Shown piece after piece: positions 31,566 to 45,889 of a DNA stretch of 64,000 bases. The translations under genes were made by a program, and so were the position numbers. Within the stretch, counting starts at the first letter, position 1, and the number at the start of each line of letters is the position of its first letter. This DNA is from Octopus vulgaris (Eukaryota). The notes under the pieces are model-generated. The model had not been told where the DNA came from and made no database searches. It saw only the letters and a program-made list of their open reading frames with translations. The DNA lies in contig OX597828.1 of the NCBI GenBank assembly GCA_951406725.2, forward strand, positions 77,004,001 through 77,068,000, read 5' to 3'.

Positions 31566-33769
31566 GGAACAAAACTTCCGACAGTTAGACGATAAAAAAA
31601 GGACAGGAAAAATCAAGGACGGGTCATTCGGAGCTTTCTATCTTCAGTCAAGATCCAGATCATCTTTACAGTTTCGGCCGGTTAGCCTCGAGACTGCTTC
31701 AATCTGGCCGACAATAGCTCCTTCAAATGTTACACTAAATTTCACCAATCGGAATAATGTATAACACGCTTCTCTTTTGCGAGTCGTTTGACTATTCGGC
31801 AACGTGAAACAAGAGCAAATGATGAATGCACTAACATAAAAGTATTGAAAAAATGTTGTTTGTTTATTTGTAAACACAACTAGAAACGTTCATCAACACA
31901 CACACACACACACACACACATACATGCACAATTTGACATGTGCGTATGTATGTGTGTGCATGTGGCGTAAAGCTATATGTAGGTATATATGTGTGCGTAT
32001 GTGTGTATGTGTGCGTGGTGTATTGATATATGTATGTGTGTGTGTATGCGCGGGATTGTTTCTGTGTACATGTGTGTGCGTGTATGTATGTATATAAAGA
32101 CTTTTGTGATTTGTATTTCGGCATTTTTATCTGATTGTAGCTAATATAATGCAATATCAGAGATTCTTCTTCTGCCTAATAGCCTGGAGATTAAATGTTA
32201 GCAGAATCGCTCTCAATCTATGGAATGTAGAAGATTCCTCTGTTGGTTGTATCATTGCGGTTGTATTAAAATACTGTCTATCACATACAGTGCTTCTATA
32301 GTAATATACATTCTTTTGTTCACTATATTTCAAAAGTTGGGGGAAAAAAACTATGAAAATATCTATAAACATAATAAGGAAAACGAGACAAATTCCTGAA
32401 TTAACTATTTAATAGAAAATGAATATATTTACAACAATTCAGAGGTTATTGCCCGAGTTGACATCCATACAGAACAATGTTCTTCAGTGTAAGACGGAAA
32501 CGATGAGGTCATTCGAGTAAGCTTGTCTTGGAGGTTAATTAACAGACAACATTGGCAACACATTAGACCTCAGATCAAAGGCATTCTAGTTGTGACCACC
32601 TCTTCTATTTGAACTTAAAAATCGCAGCCAATATGTGCTGCAGGCAGAGGGTCACGAGGTCAAAGTTCATCAGGATCAAATATTAGTAGGGGAAGTGCAG
32701 CAAAGTAGAATAACTGTGCTTTGTTTGTTTGGGCCCTAATGATTCGGTAAAAGGCAAACCAAGGTCCGACAACTGTTTATACTAAACACGTTAAACAGAT
32801 CAGTCAGTCAGGCTTTTTATTCTACCACATATTTATCTTTGCTATTTTGCCAAAATAACAAAAGATTTCAGGTAGGGTTCCGCAACCGAGACGTTTACTT
32901 CGTAAATTCGTATTTATAATTTCCATACCAAAGTGGTGAACTTTAAGCGCTGAAGTCGCGTTCTCGGCAATGCCCTGGGTGTAGAATTTGGAAGGCAGAA
33001 CAGCAGAAGATCACCCTATATTCCTGTATGAATGTATGTGTGTTAGTATGTGTGTGTGTGTATCAGTATGTAATGTATGTTTGTATGCCTGTCTGTAAGA
33101 TAGAGAGAGTGAGTATTGTTTCTTGTTATGTTTCTCCACATAGAATAATTGCCCATTCCAATCGATGCAGAGCCACAACATATATACCAGATTGGAATAC
33201 CTACAATGGAAGACACAAGTAACAGACACCATCAAAGTTGGTGGCCGGTAGAGTTGCAGATCAATGACTGAAGCCATTAACGGAACTGTAATATGAATTG
33301 TGTAACTGCTACAAAATTACAGAGAATTTTAATTAAGCAAATTCCATAAAGACAAATATTTTTAATGTTATTTGAGATAAAATTTAATTCTATCGTCTGT
33401 AGTATCTGAGACGGCACCATTTCAGTGCAGGCAGTGCAGAACCGAACACAAGAGACGCGGGGGAAAAGCCAAAAGTCAACAAATTAATGGCGTATCTTTC
33501 GGTAAAGCAGGTTCTGATTGTAAAAACTACAACAAAAGACCATCTGTCGCTGAAATTGTTTCTCTACATGAATTTAGCAGAAGATGAATCATTGCTCAAT
33601 TGCTGGTTGCTGGTAATTTTTCGATAGTTCAGCTGATGCTTACATTTTCTGTCTGCACGCTTATGTTACTAACTAGATACAGGCGTATGGGGAGTTTGCC
33701 AATGAAACTGATGGTGAAATTGATAATACTATTAGCGACTAGTTATGCATCTTCTTATAACTGAATCGA

Positions 33770-33910
33770 AAATGTACAAAACAGCGAAAAGCAAAATACA
33801 AAGACAAATGGAGGAACAACGAACAGGAAAAATGGTAGAAGTCTTTGACGTTTCGAGCCCAAGCCCTTCTACAAAATGGAATAACGAAAGAAAACAGAAA
33901 GAAAAGGGGA
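33770..33910 (-). mobile_element. Degenerate H2-like element
   Basis: Minus 33842-33879 reads UUGUAGA A GGGC uugg GCUC GAAA CG UC AAAGA. Confidence 0.55.
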
Positions 33911-35048
33911 AAATTAGTGAACCTTGCATTGTTCTTAACCGTCGCCGAATAGTCATACACACGGATTTATTTGATGGTTACACATTAGGCTTGTCGGTAT
34001 ATTGCTGGAAGACCGTAAATACAGTTTTTCATTACTGTTGCTGTAATCTCTGCTAGGAAGTGTTTTTACTTTACTAGCTCCTTTCATTTGAAACCTGCTT
34101 TATGGACCTACATTCGTTTCCCTGTTTTCTTTCATTTCTTAAATCTTGCGTTGATAGTTTCATGGTTTTTAGAGAAACTACTCATTGAATTTTTCTATTT
34201 TTGTTATTTTTGCGATTCCCAGCAAACGACGTTGTTTCTTCGAGTCTGCTTTATTGCTGGTGGCTTGACGCCGTCTTGGAAGCGGTTTCCAATAAAAACA
34301 AATTTAAATGCCATACGCCAGAAATATTATAAATGATTTGAAAATGAACAAAGGCAGACAACAACATCCAGTGCTAATGCTGCTGCTACTGCTCTTCCTC
34401 CTCCTGTTACTACCATTCTAACACAATGCATCATCACTGACTAATAATTACATAATACCAAATCAAAGTTCAGTACACAATTTAAATTATATTTCGTTTT
34501 CTTTTTTTTACGTAGTTTAATATTTTGTTGTTTGCCACAAAACATTCTCAAACTGGCCATATTCCCAATAGCTCTGCACCACTTCCTCTCCCTCTCCACC
34601 CTTCTCTCCGTCTGCACTGATTTCCCTCCTCTCACTTTTCCATCCTATGTACATGTATGCATATGAATGCATGTTTGTATGTATAGTACGCTATCTTTCC
34701 TTCTCTCTCTCTCTGTCTCTCTCTCTCTCTCTCCTCCCTCTCCTTCTCACACACACACACCATCTCTTTCTCTCTCTCCTCCCCTGTCACTTTCAGTCTT
34801 CCTTGTTTCTCCTCTCTTTGTCTCTCAGAAATATTACAAATTATATTCTTGCTACTAAAATGGGTTTTTGATTCAAAATTTATTTTCTTGTTTCGTAAAT
34901 ATTTTCTAAAATTTTTAAATTCAAATAACACAAGAAAAAATTTAATAAAATATAAAAATACATCCTACAAAATGTGTACAGGCGCGTAATCTGTAGATGG
35001 TGGTGCATGTGCTTGTGTGCGTATGTATATATATATATATATATATAC

Positions 35049-35093
<45 letters not shown>

Positions 35094-35387
35094 TATATAT
35101 ATGTATGCTCACATATATGTATATATATGCACATATAGTCAAATATGTACGTATATAAATGCATACAAACATATATGCATATATATATATATATATATAT
35201 ACATATGTATACAAACATATATGCATATATATATATATATATATACATATGTATGTATATTTATATATATATATACATGTGTGTATATAAACCTATATAT
35301 ATATATACATACAGGTCTATATATGCATCTATATATATATATTAATCATATATAACACATCTGTGTATAGGTTTGTATATATATATG

Positions 35388-35470
<83 letters not shown>

Positions 35471-36083
35471 TACAATTTGTGTGTGTGAGTGTGTGTGAGC
35501 GTTTGTGACCGTTTGTGTGTGTGTGTCTGTGCGTGTCTGTAGCAGTGGTTGTGTATTCCTTTCCAAAGACATGTACCGTTCCAGCTTCGTTCACATTGGC
35601 CACGTATAGCTTCTAACTTCTCTCCAATATAATTGATGAGCTGTCGTAAAAAGGTGCAAACCGAAGATCCTTCCATTTTTTACATTTGTCAGTCTCTGAT
35701 AAATTGCTTTGTTTTCACGGCATTCTCATATGCACACATAGAGTAATACACACACACAAACACGCACACACTCACAAACACACCCAAGCGCATTCAAACA
35801 CAAGCACAGAACGGGTCACACACACAGACATATATAAACATATACACACACACATACACATATGTACAATTGCAAACACATACTCTTCTCCATATTATCC
35901 TGTCTCTGTTATGTATATCCTTTCCAAGAATTCCCCTCCCTCTCCAATACTCTCTCTACTCTCTCTATCCATTCCTCTTTGCCTCCCATCCTCCCTACCT
36001 CATACCCCCCCTCCACATATTTCCTCCATTTCTCTGCTTTCCGAATCTTCATGTTCTGTATATATCATTCTACATCATTGTAT

Positions 36084-36131
<48 letters not shown>

Positions 36132-36424
36132 TCCCTCTCTCTTTCCTCTTGTAACTCTATTCTTCCCCACTCTTTCTTCTCTCTTCCTCCCTCTCACTAT
36201 CGCTCTAATTCTCTAATCCCGCTACTTTTGTATTCTTTGATTTTTCAATCCATCATACTCCTCCTCCCTCTAATACTACCTTCCATCTTACATCTCTTTT
36301 CCTCCTTTCTCTCCTCCTCTCTTCCTCTCTTCTTTTACCAATCTGTCTATCTTCTTACCTATCTATCAATCGTATTCATCTCTCTACATATCTGGCTATC
36401 TTCACTCTCTTTATTTCTCTCCCA

Positions 36425-36514
<90 letters not shown>

Positions 36515-36601
36515 GTCTGTCTATCTATCTGTCTGTCTGTCTATCAATCTGTCTGTCTATAAGTCGGTCTATCCACCTATCTATATCACTATCTATTGAA
36601 C

Positions 36602-36636
<35 letters not shown>

Positions 36637-36883
36637 TTGTTTGTGTGTATGCGTGTGTGTATATGCGTGTGTGCGTGTGTGGGGGTGTTGCATGTGGTGT
36701 ATGCTTGTATTTGTATCAGTCTACCAAAATATATACGCACAGATAGATATATATGTATATATTTCTATCAAAGTGTATGTATATATATAGGGAGGATGGG
36801 AGGCAAAGAGGAATGGATAGAGAGAGTAGAGAGAGTATTGGAGAGGGAGGGGAATTCTTCGAAAGGATATACAAAACAGAGAG

Positions 36884-37297
36884 ACAGGAGTGACTGTGTG
36901 GTAAGTAGCTTATTTACCAACCACATGGTTCCGGGTTCAGTCCCACTGCGTGGCACCATGGGCAAGTGTCTTCTACTATAGCCTCGGGCCGACCAAAGCC
37001 TTGTGAGTAGATTTGATAGACGGAAACTGAAAGAAGCCCGCCGTATATATGTATATGTGTATATATGCGTGTGTGTGTTTGTGTAAGTGTGTTTGTTCCC
37101 CTAGCATTGCTTGACAACCGATGCTGGTGTGTTTAAGTCCCCGTTACTTAGCGGTTCGGCAAAAGAGACCGATATAATAAGTACTGGGCTTACAAAAGAA
37201 TAAATCCCGGGGTCGAGTTGCTCGATTAAAGGCGGTGCTCCAGCATGGCCGCAGTCAAATGACTGAAACAAGTAAAAGAGTAAACGAGTAAAAGAGT
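36884..37297 (+). mobile_element. Full-length tRNA-derived SINE family B
   Basis: A box gtgactgtgtggtaag, B box gggttcagtcc, an internal TA/TG tract and a (gagtaaaa)n-like tail. Confidence 0.9.
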
Positions 37298-37424
37298 ATA
37301 TATATATATATATTTATATTCATATATATATATATTGACCCTGTTATCTCCCCTACTATCCCTCTAGTGTCTAACGTCTGACCCCTAACGTTTGACCTCC
37401 GATCTCTGACTTCTGTAATCAGAA

Positions 37425-37622
37425 CGCCATGTTGAATCGTTAGCCTCTACACGCAATTTTTTTCTCTCCTTGTTTCTTTTCTGTGTATCTTTCTGTCGAA
37501 GAGCGTAGGCTCGAAACGTAAAAGACTTGTTTTATTTCTATTCCTGAGCGCCATACTAATACAATTATTTGTTTGTACTCCACCTGCATTCGTCTTTTGT
37601 TTATTTTCATAAACCTTCCCGT

Positions 37623-37623
<1 letters not shown>
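37425..37623 (+). mobile_element. Short HHR-like element family H2
   Basis: 37488-37525 reads UCUUU CUGUCGA A GAGC guag GCUC GAAA CG UA AAAGA; the element ends in (TA)n. Confidence 0.75.
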
Positions 37624-37698
<75 letters not shown>

Positions 37699-37702
<4 letters not shown>

Positions 37703-37790
37703 ATCCAAACAATTAAAGTATTATTTGACGCTCAGGAAAGAAGGGAAGGAGGGTTTAACCTTTCGAGCGGAGCTCTTCGTCGGAAACAAA

Positions 37791-37793
<3 letters not shown>
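37699..37793 (-). mobile_element. Related HHR-like fragment embedded in (TA)n
   Basis: Minus 37753-37787 reads GUUU CCGACGA A GAGC ucc GCUC GAAA GG UU AAAC, and it shares ttcctgagcg with H2. Confidence 0.6.
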
Positions 37794-37850
<57 letters not shown>

Positions 37851-38071
37851 ACATATATATATACATACATATATATACACATAGATATTCATGTATATGC
37901 ATATATATTTGTGTCTACGAAATGTTCCTTTAAACTGTTCTTAATCCAATCCTTTTTCCCTCAACATTTCTTCCTAAAACACTCTTCTTGCTCTCCTTTT
38001 CTTTCTTTCCAACTGTCCTCATCTCCACTTTTTCTCTTCCCCGTTCTTCTGATCGCCCTCTCATTATCTCT

Positions 38072-38143
<72 letters not shown>

Positions 38144-38433
38144 TCTCTCACTCTTCATCTTTCATCCCCTCCTCCTTTCTATTTCTATCGCTACCCCTCG
38201 CTTTTCTGCTGCCCTAATTATGTTGGAAATACATCAAATTCTGCCTCTTTTTTGTTAAGATTTAACCCCAGGTTAGAGTCTTTATCCAGCAGGACTATGA
38301 TCATACACATTCCTTCCATGACAATTTCGTTTTGTTTTTTTTCTTTTTATTACTCTATGACATAAATTGTTCTAGTACTTTCTTCAGTTCTGGAATATTA
38401 TTTCGGGGGACATTTGGCTACTAATTCTAGTAA

Positions 38434-38829
38434 TACAGTTCTATATTTAAGAGATGAGGAATTACGTACATTATTTACATTCGACGAATATTTGTCCTCA
38501 TCTTGTTTGTTGTTAACACAACGTTTCGACTGATATACCCTCCAGATTTTTTCAGGTGTCTTGGGGGAAATTTCGAACCTGGGTTCTCATTCCAAGGAAA
38601 TATTTCGATGTAATTGTTGATGGTGTTGTTCAGGTCACTACTTGGAATCGAACTCGGAATCTTGGGGTTAGTAGCCTGCGCTCTTAACCACTATGCCATA
38701 TACCCGAAAAATTGCCTCAAGACACCTGATGAAGGGTGTAGGGTATATCAGCCGAAATGTTGTGTTACCAACAAACAAGATGAGGACAAATGTCCGTCAA
38801 ATGTAAATAATGCAAATATTGTAATTCTT
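38434..38829 (-). mobile_element. Composite tRNA-head + HHR element, copy 2, with ~105 bp inverted arm carrying a second HHR
   Basis: Head 38633-38706 (ggcatagtggttaagagcgc..gagttcgattcc). A degenerate HHR lies at 38515-38560 (minus). The inverted arm 38709-38812 contains gacacCTGATGA..cagccGAAAtgttgtgtt. Confidence 0.85.
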
Positions 38830-38869
38830 GTAAGCTAAACGGGCATATAGAGAGATTGTTTCTCATTTA

Positions 38870-39085
38870 TAAGATTAAGCTCAAATTTTGGCACAATGTC
38901 AGCAAATTATGGGGTATAAGTACGTCGATTATACCGACCCCAGGGCTCAACTTGAACTTAATTAATCGACTCCGAAAGGATGAAAGCCGACTTTGAGGGA
39001 ATTCGAACTCCGAACGTAAAGATGCAGGAAATTCCGCCAAACATTTTGCCGCGCGCGCTGAGGATTCTACCAGTTCTCTCCACTG
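38870..39085 (-). mobile_element. SINE family A, degenerate
   Basis: tcgactccgaaaggatgaaag..gaattcgaactc. Confidence 0.75.
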
Positions 39086-39599
39086 ACTCATTTGTAAGTC
39101 TGGTTTGGTGTCTAAATGGAATCTAGAATAAAAATATTAAAATACAGATTATACAGATAAAGAGATTAAGTAAGCTGGGATTAAGTAAGTTAGAACATAA
39201 CATTAGCGCATTGCGGCAATGAAATGAGAAAAAAAAAACAGTAAGATACCAACGACTACAAAAAGACACGCACACACACAAAGACACACACGCCCACGTG
39301 CGCGTGCGGCGCGCGCGTGTGTGGAGTCGTGTGGCCTAGTAGTTAGTGGATGGTGGTTTCGGTTCCTGCGCAGTGTAATGTGTTGTGTTCTTGAGTAAAG
39401 CACTTCATTTCACGTTCCCCCAGTCCACTCATACACACACACAAACACAAACACACTCATATAAATATATGTATGTATATATGCATATATATATGTATAC
39501 ATTCATGTGTGTGTGTATCTATCTATCTAGCTATATTTCTATACGTACACACATATATCGAAAACGCTGTGGTTATCTTCACTATGTAAGTACATACTT

Positions 39600-40860
39600 C
39601 TGACCACGATCTCATACGGCCACATCTAAGGCAAGTATGTTCTAGCTGAGCTTCACTTTGACCAGTTGTGCTTCGTACCATCTCCGCACTATTTCACTGA
39701 CAATATCATGCTCCTCAGTGATACCACGCAGTCTTGATGCCTCCGGAAATGTCTCGTCTTTTTCTTGGACCCCATCGTAACCGGCAATTTTTGTCGACGT
39801 ATCTCTTCAGCCTCCGCATCCAATAAACTGCGACTACACCCAACACCACTCGAACAACGTGTACCACTTGCTATGCATTAGTTTGCTCTGGTTGGCTTTG
39901 CTCTTTCACTGACAATTCTCTGCCATATCTATTATAAAGTGGTCCCTTCTCTCCACTGCTCTTCATCAATCACTAAACTTTTAAAGTCGAATGGCATTCA
40001 GGTAGGACATTGTGCTTCAACCTACCAATACACGTCACTCGTATCTCTTCTGAAAACGATATACACTGTTCTTCTCATACTTCATAAATATCTCTAAGCT
40101 TATATTCTATACATTTCCTTTCATACGTCCATTCAGTTTGCCTTTCCCAGATAGTGTAGACGCGACAGTTATAAGGTTTCTGCTAATCCAACCACATAAT
40201 AAAGTCAATAAGCTGTTTCGTTATTTCAATATGATTCAGGATCATGAACGATGATCCTAAATTCACCTGCAATTTCCTGGTGCTTGTACCATTTGAAACG
40301 ATAGGGTTTGACGATCTTTTATTTGCTATTCTCTATAACTCTTTTTGTCTGCCCTTCCGAAAACCAACGAGGGAGTATATTGTCTTGCTGCTATCGCCAT
40401 GAAGTATTTTTCTTTTAGTACACTAAAGTAATGCTGAAGACTCAGTTACCCTGCGACGTATATTCTGTTAGAGACGACACAAATATTTCCTTTTACTGCT
40501 TACTCTCTAAAATGACGACAATCATTAGAAGCGCTCCAGCTTAATTCTACACCGCAGACAGAAGGACTTTCTGCAATACACTGAGGCGGAATCACAGCCG
40601 CTCTAGCAACATTCTCCACAATATATTCTGCGATTGAATCACTATAGCTTCACTATGGTTTCTTTTTATCAAATGTTTCCCAGGCTGTTCATCAACGGTA
40701 GCTTCCAGCTTCACAAGTTCTTGGCCCTAGTCTGCGATTATATATTCATAATCTCTGGTAACCATATTTCGCTTCACAATATTATTCAAAGAAGAAAAAC
40801 ATTTGGTTAACAACCATCCAAGTCCAACCAATTTGTTCTGCAGCTTCAATCATATCTTTT
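39600..40860 (-). mobile_element. Highly decayed LINE reverse-transcriptase relic (RTE-like?)
   Basis: Complex non-microsatellite block with only vague RT-like residues by eye; family uncertain. Confidence 0.3.
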
Positions 40861-41535
40861 TATGTTTTAGTTGGACTTTAACAACCCAAAAGCTTTACAT
40901 ATCCCATCTTATCAGCGACACCTACTGGTGATGCTGTGAAAGGGGAGTTAATACAGTAATTTATAGAGTGAAACCTCTATAACTATTTTGAGAGACGGGA
41001 CTTTATTTTAGTTTACTCCATTACTTGATCAGCCAACATCAGGGTGGCATGTGGTTCGAATAGAGGGATGGAATTTGATTTTTTATGCTCTTCGATCACA
41101 CACATTATATTTAATTCTTAGTTACAACCTACCGGCTGTTCTGATCATAATGCCGTCGATTACAGGGGTACCAAGCTGTATCGGCTGAAGCCGGCGACCT
41201 TTCTCTTGCGTAACGTTCGTTGTCGTGGAGGGGGCTAGGATTTCTATGCATAGAGGATTACTAGTCTTCCACAAACAAATCTTGTAGAGGCATGAATGTA
41301 CAGATTTGGGGGGTGATGATTATTGACTAATTGAGATTCAGTAGGATGTGGTTTATGAGAAATTTAACTGTAGCGACTAGCAACCGTGTAAAAACACTAT
41401 TTTGTATAAAATTATATAGAATTATAAAGTCATATTGAAGAAGTTTTTAACGTGAGATGGTAGACGTTGTTGGTATGGAATGAGAACTTGCTTGGGATTT
41501 TTACTGAAACTAGTGAAAGCATAAAAGCAGACTGG

Positions 41536-41665
41536 ATCCTTTTCTACTCTAGGCACAAGGCCTGAAATTTTAGGGGAGGCGGCCACTCGATTAGTACGAA
41601 ACTGGTACTTCATTTATCGACCCCGAAAAGATGAAAGGCAAACTCGACCTTGGCGGAATTTGAAA
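41536..41665 (-). mobile_element. SINE family A fragment
   Basis: actggtacttcatttatcgaccccgaaaagatgaaaggcaaactcgaccttggcggaatttgaa. Confidence 0.85.
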
Positions 41666-42571
41666 TAAAAGCAGTATATCAGCAATTCACTTTCATAATT
41701 GCACATTTTAATTAATTTTTTTTATTTAGTGAGCGTGAATGTGTATATTTCTAATGGTTTAATATCATTTGCTCACAGAACTTAATGTTTAACGTGAATG
41801 AAAGCAAGGACTAAATAATGCTTGGTAATTTTTCTTTAATACAATATTTCAGAAGTAAGCATTTAAATCAAATTTTATCTATGAATCTTGCTTTCTGTAA
41901 CTTGTAATTATCAAAGATGTCTCTACCTAACGACAAATCTGGAATTAGTTTATTTATAGTGTTTATTAGATTTTTTCGTACAACTGGGGTTCATTAGATT
42001 CCAACTCTGTAACATTACACAATGGCGTGTTCCTTCGATGATCCGTTGTGGTTATGCAAAGAATTACACAAACGATTAAACATAGGACATACAATGAAGA
42101 AATTCTAGGCAACCACGAAGGTGAAACATACGTAGGGATCAGATGATATATACTTGTGTCTATCATGTTCTCTCCTGGAATTATTAATGTACACAGGTTT
42201 TTTATTCACCTTAGAGATTGTTAGTTTCTATTCGCCTCTAGATTTACGTTTACTTCTAAAAGTTCTGGCGATATTTGGAGATAGGGTAATTCTAAACCTG
42301 AAGGCTTTGGATTTACCAGTGCAACTATATTGGTTGTTAAGAATTGGTAAATCCTCCCTTCCCTCCGCCGTGTTTCTCACGCCATCAGTTCGGGTTTCTC
42401 AGCTGAGTGAACACACAAAGCAAGTAGCTAGAAATAGCAACGGACTGAATCATCAGTTTCGAAAGAAAAAAATCTAAAAAAGTAAAAAATTATTAATACA
42501 TATATTGAGTATTCACTCATCCGCTTGCTTTTCTACACACGTCTATAACTGTATGTGCCTGAGTATTTATA

Positions 42572-42624
<53 letters not shown>

Positions 42625-42662
42625 GTCTATTTATCTATCTATCTATCTATCTATCTGTCTAT

Positions 42663-42749
<87 letters not shown>

Positions 42750-43058
42750 ACACACACATACATACATACATACATACATACACACATACATACACATACA
42801 GATAGATGGATAGATGGATAGATAGATAAATAAATATGAATGTAAATATGCACACATATATGCATATCTATATGCCCAAGTTTATAAATATATATTCAGA
42901 AATATGTGCGTATAGTATACTCTTATGTGTATGTATATATATATATGTATATATATAATATATACATTTATAATATATATATATATTGATATATACATAC
43001 ATTTATGTATATATGTATACATACATACATATATATACATATATATATATATATATGT

Positions 43059-43120
<62 letters not shown>

Positions 43121-43571
43121 CCGCATGTAGCCTTGTGTCGTGTCGTGACATACAACCACATGCTGCTTCACTGACATGTCCCTTCTCAGTTAATACATCA
43201 CTGTATAAGCGCATGGTGTATGTGTGTCCGTCTGTCTGTCTTTGCATACTTAAGCAAATGTGTGAATGTGTCTTCCTTCCCCGAACGACACTAAAATTAA
43301 GAAAAAGAAGAAACTAACACAATCGTCCTTTCTTAAAGCACAAAAGATACTTCAAGCCGTAAATTAAAACCAAAAAAACAACAAAAAGCCGGGTCACAAC
43401 TTGACGATAAATTTTAACCAAACAGTCCAGTGGGCAAGAAACTCATGTCAGACTTCCTACACCTTCCATGGGCTTTCGAATCTATTCAATTCTTTCGCTT
43501 TATGTAATTCTTATTATTATCATTCTTATTATTACTGTTATCATCATTAGTATTATTATTATTTTAATTAT

Positions 43572-43602
<31 letters not shown>

Positions 43603-43734
43603 GTTATAATAATAATGAAAATAATAATAATAATATTAATATGTTAATCATAAAAACAATAATAATTGCAACGATACATAAGACAGGAATTAAGTACTTC
43701 CAATGATTACTCGTTGTTAATTTTATAGTAGTAT

Positions 43735-43816
<82 letters not shown>

Positions 43817-44396
43817 TATTATTACTATTATCATCATCATCATCATCATCATCATAGGTCGTTACTATTATTCAGGCAAATGTTTGTATGTATATGTATA
43901 TACATGTTTGTATATATGTATATACAGACACGCGCACACACACTCACGTGTAAATATATATATATATATATACGTATATATATACGAACATACATATATA
44001 TATATATATTATATATACATAAATAATTTTTGAAACACTTCACGGCCACACAATTCCATGCCGCCATTCCATAAAGAATAAGATCTGCTTTTGATTCTTT
44101 ATTTCATTATTTTCTATAAATATTATTTACTCTCCTCGTTTGGCATCGGATGCATTGTTCACAATAACATACACACGTACACACAAACATGCTAACAAAC
44201 GAATACACGCACACACACATGCACATACGTATACGTGGGGATGTATATTATATATAAATATATATGTATATATATATACTATATATATCATATATATATA
44301 TATACATATGAAGATTATAAATCCACATGAAAAATATTTAAACACGCATGTACACACACATATATACATACACACATACATATATATACACATATA

Positions 44397-44472
<76 letters not shown>

Positions 44473-45127
44473 CATATATACATATACATAAATATATATG
44501 TATGTATGTATATTATATAATACCTGATTATGTAAAATGAAACGCTACCCAACCATGCCATTTCCAACGATTTATGTTTGTATTTAGGAATTTATTCTCA
44601 AGTCTTCCTACGTATTCCTTAAATTAAACAGTTCTTTTGTTTTTGCTTTGAGTTTTATTTTTCCTTCATCATCATCACCATCATCATCTTCATCATTACT
44701 ATCTCCTTCATATTCTTCCACTGCTACTACCACTACTGCTGCTGCTGCTACTACTACTACTATTCCCACTGCACTTGTCTCTTTATTCATTTCCTCTTTT
44801 ATCTCTCCATCTCTTCATTTCCATTTTGTTTCCCAGTTTCCTTATTATTATCTTTTTTCCTTTTTCCTTCATCTTTATGTTTCCTTCATCGACTCGATTT
44901 TTCTCTTTATCTTTCCACTTCTCTGTACTTCTCTCTGTCTCTTTCTTCTTCCTCTCTCTCTCCCTCTCTCCTCTTCTCTCTCAATCTCTTTCTCTCTTCT
45001 TCCATCAATTTATTGTCTTCACAACTCACCTTCCACCTTTCTTCATCACTTTTTTTTGTTTTTTACGTTTCTTTATCTTTTTTATTCTGCTTTTTTAACT
45101 TCCTCAACATTTTTTATTGCCCACCTT

Positions 45128-45396
<269 letters not shown>

Positions 45397-45889
45397 TTCG
45401 TTGGCAGAAGAGTAAAAGCATGATACAGAAAGATTGCGTTATATTAGCACAGTCTTTTTACAGTATTATTTCGAATTTTACCGAATTATTCATCTTCACA
45501 GGATCTAGAGAATAGATGGACCACAGTTGGTCGCATTGGGTGTGTCTACGTTACTGGCCTCCAGAATTGCATTATTTCCTCTGTAACAAATCATTTTTAG
45601 CAGTGGGTGTGGTCTCTTTGAATAAGTCAACATGTATTTTGTCCCTGCATGAGGGTAAATACAGTGTAGAGGTAGCACTGATCTTTGACAGTCAGAGTTA
45701 GCCAGTCTATGCAGGACGAGGAACAGGTTCTTTACTCAACCTCAGATGGCAGTCTCTCTATAAGCGTTTGAATGTTGTCTTCTTTATTGATTGCAGTGTA
45801 AAATTCCGTACATGTTTCTGTCACGTTTCGTCATCTGCTTCCCTTGTGACAATAGTAAAAGAATATTTGTTATCAGTATCATTTGCTTA

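Noticed and set aside
31610-31665. CTGAAGA...GAA motif on minus as another hammerhead
   Set aside because: It lacks GAAA and the stems do not pair convincingly.
38633-38706. tRNA gene (ACT anticodon-like loop)
   Set aside because: No convincing acceptor stem or T-run terminator, and it continues into a repeat body; treated as a SINE head. The same applies to 24344 and 16291.
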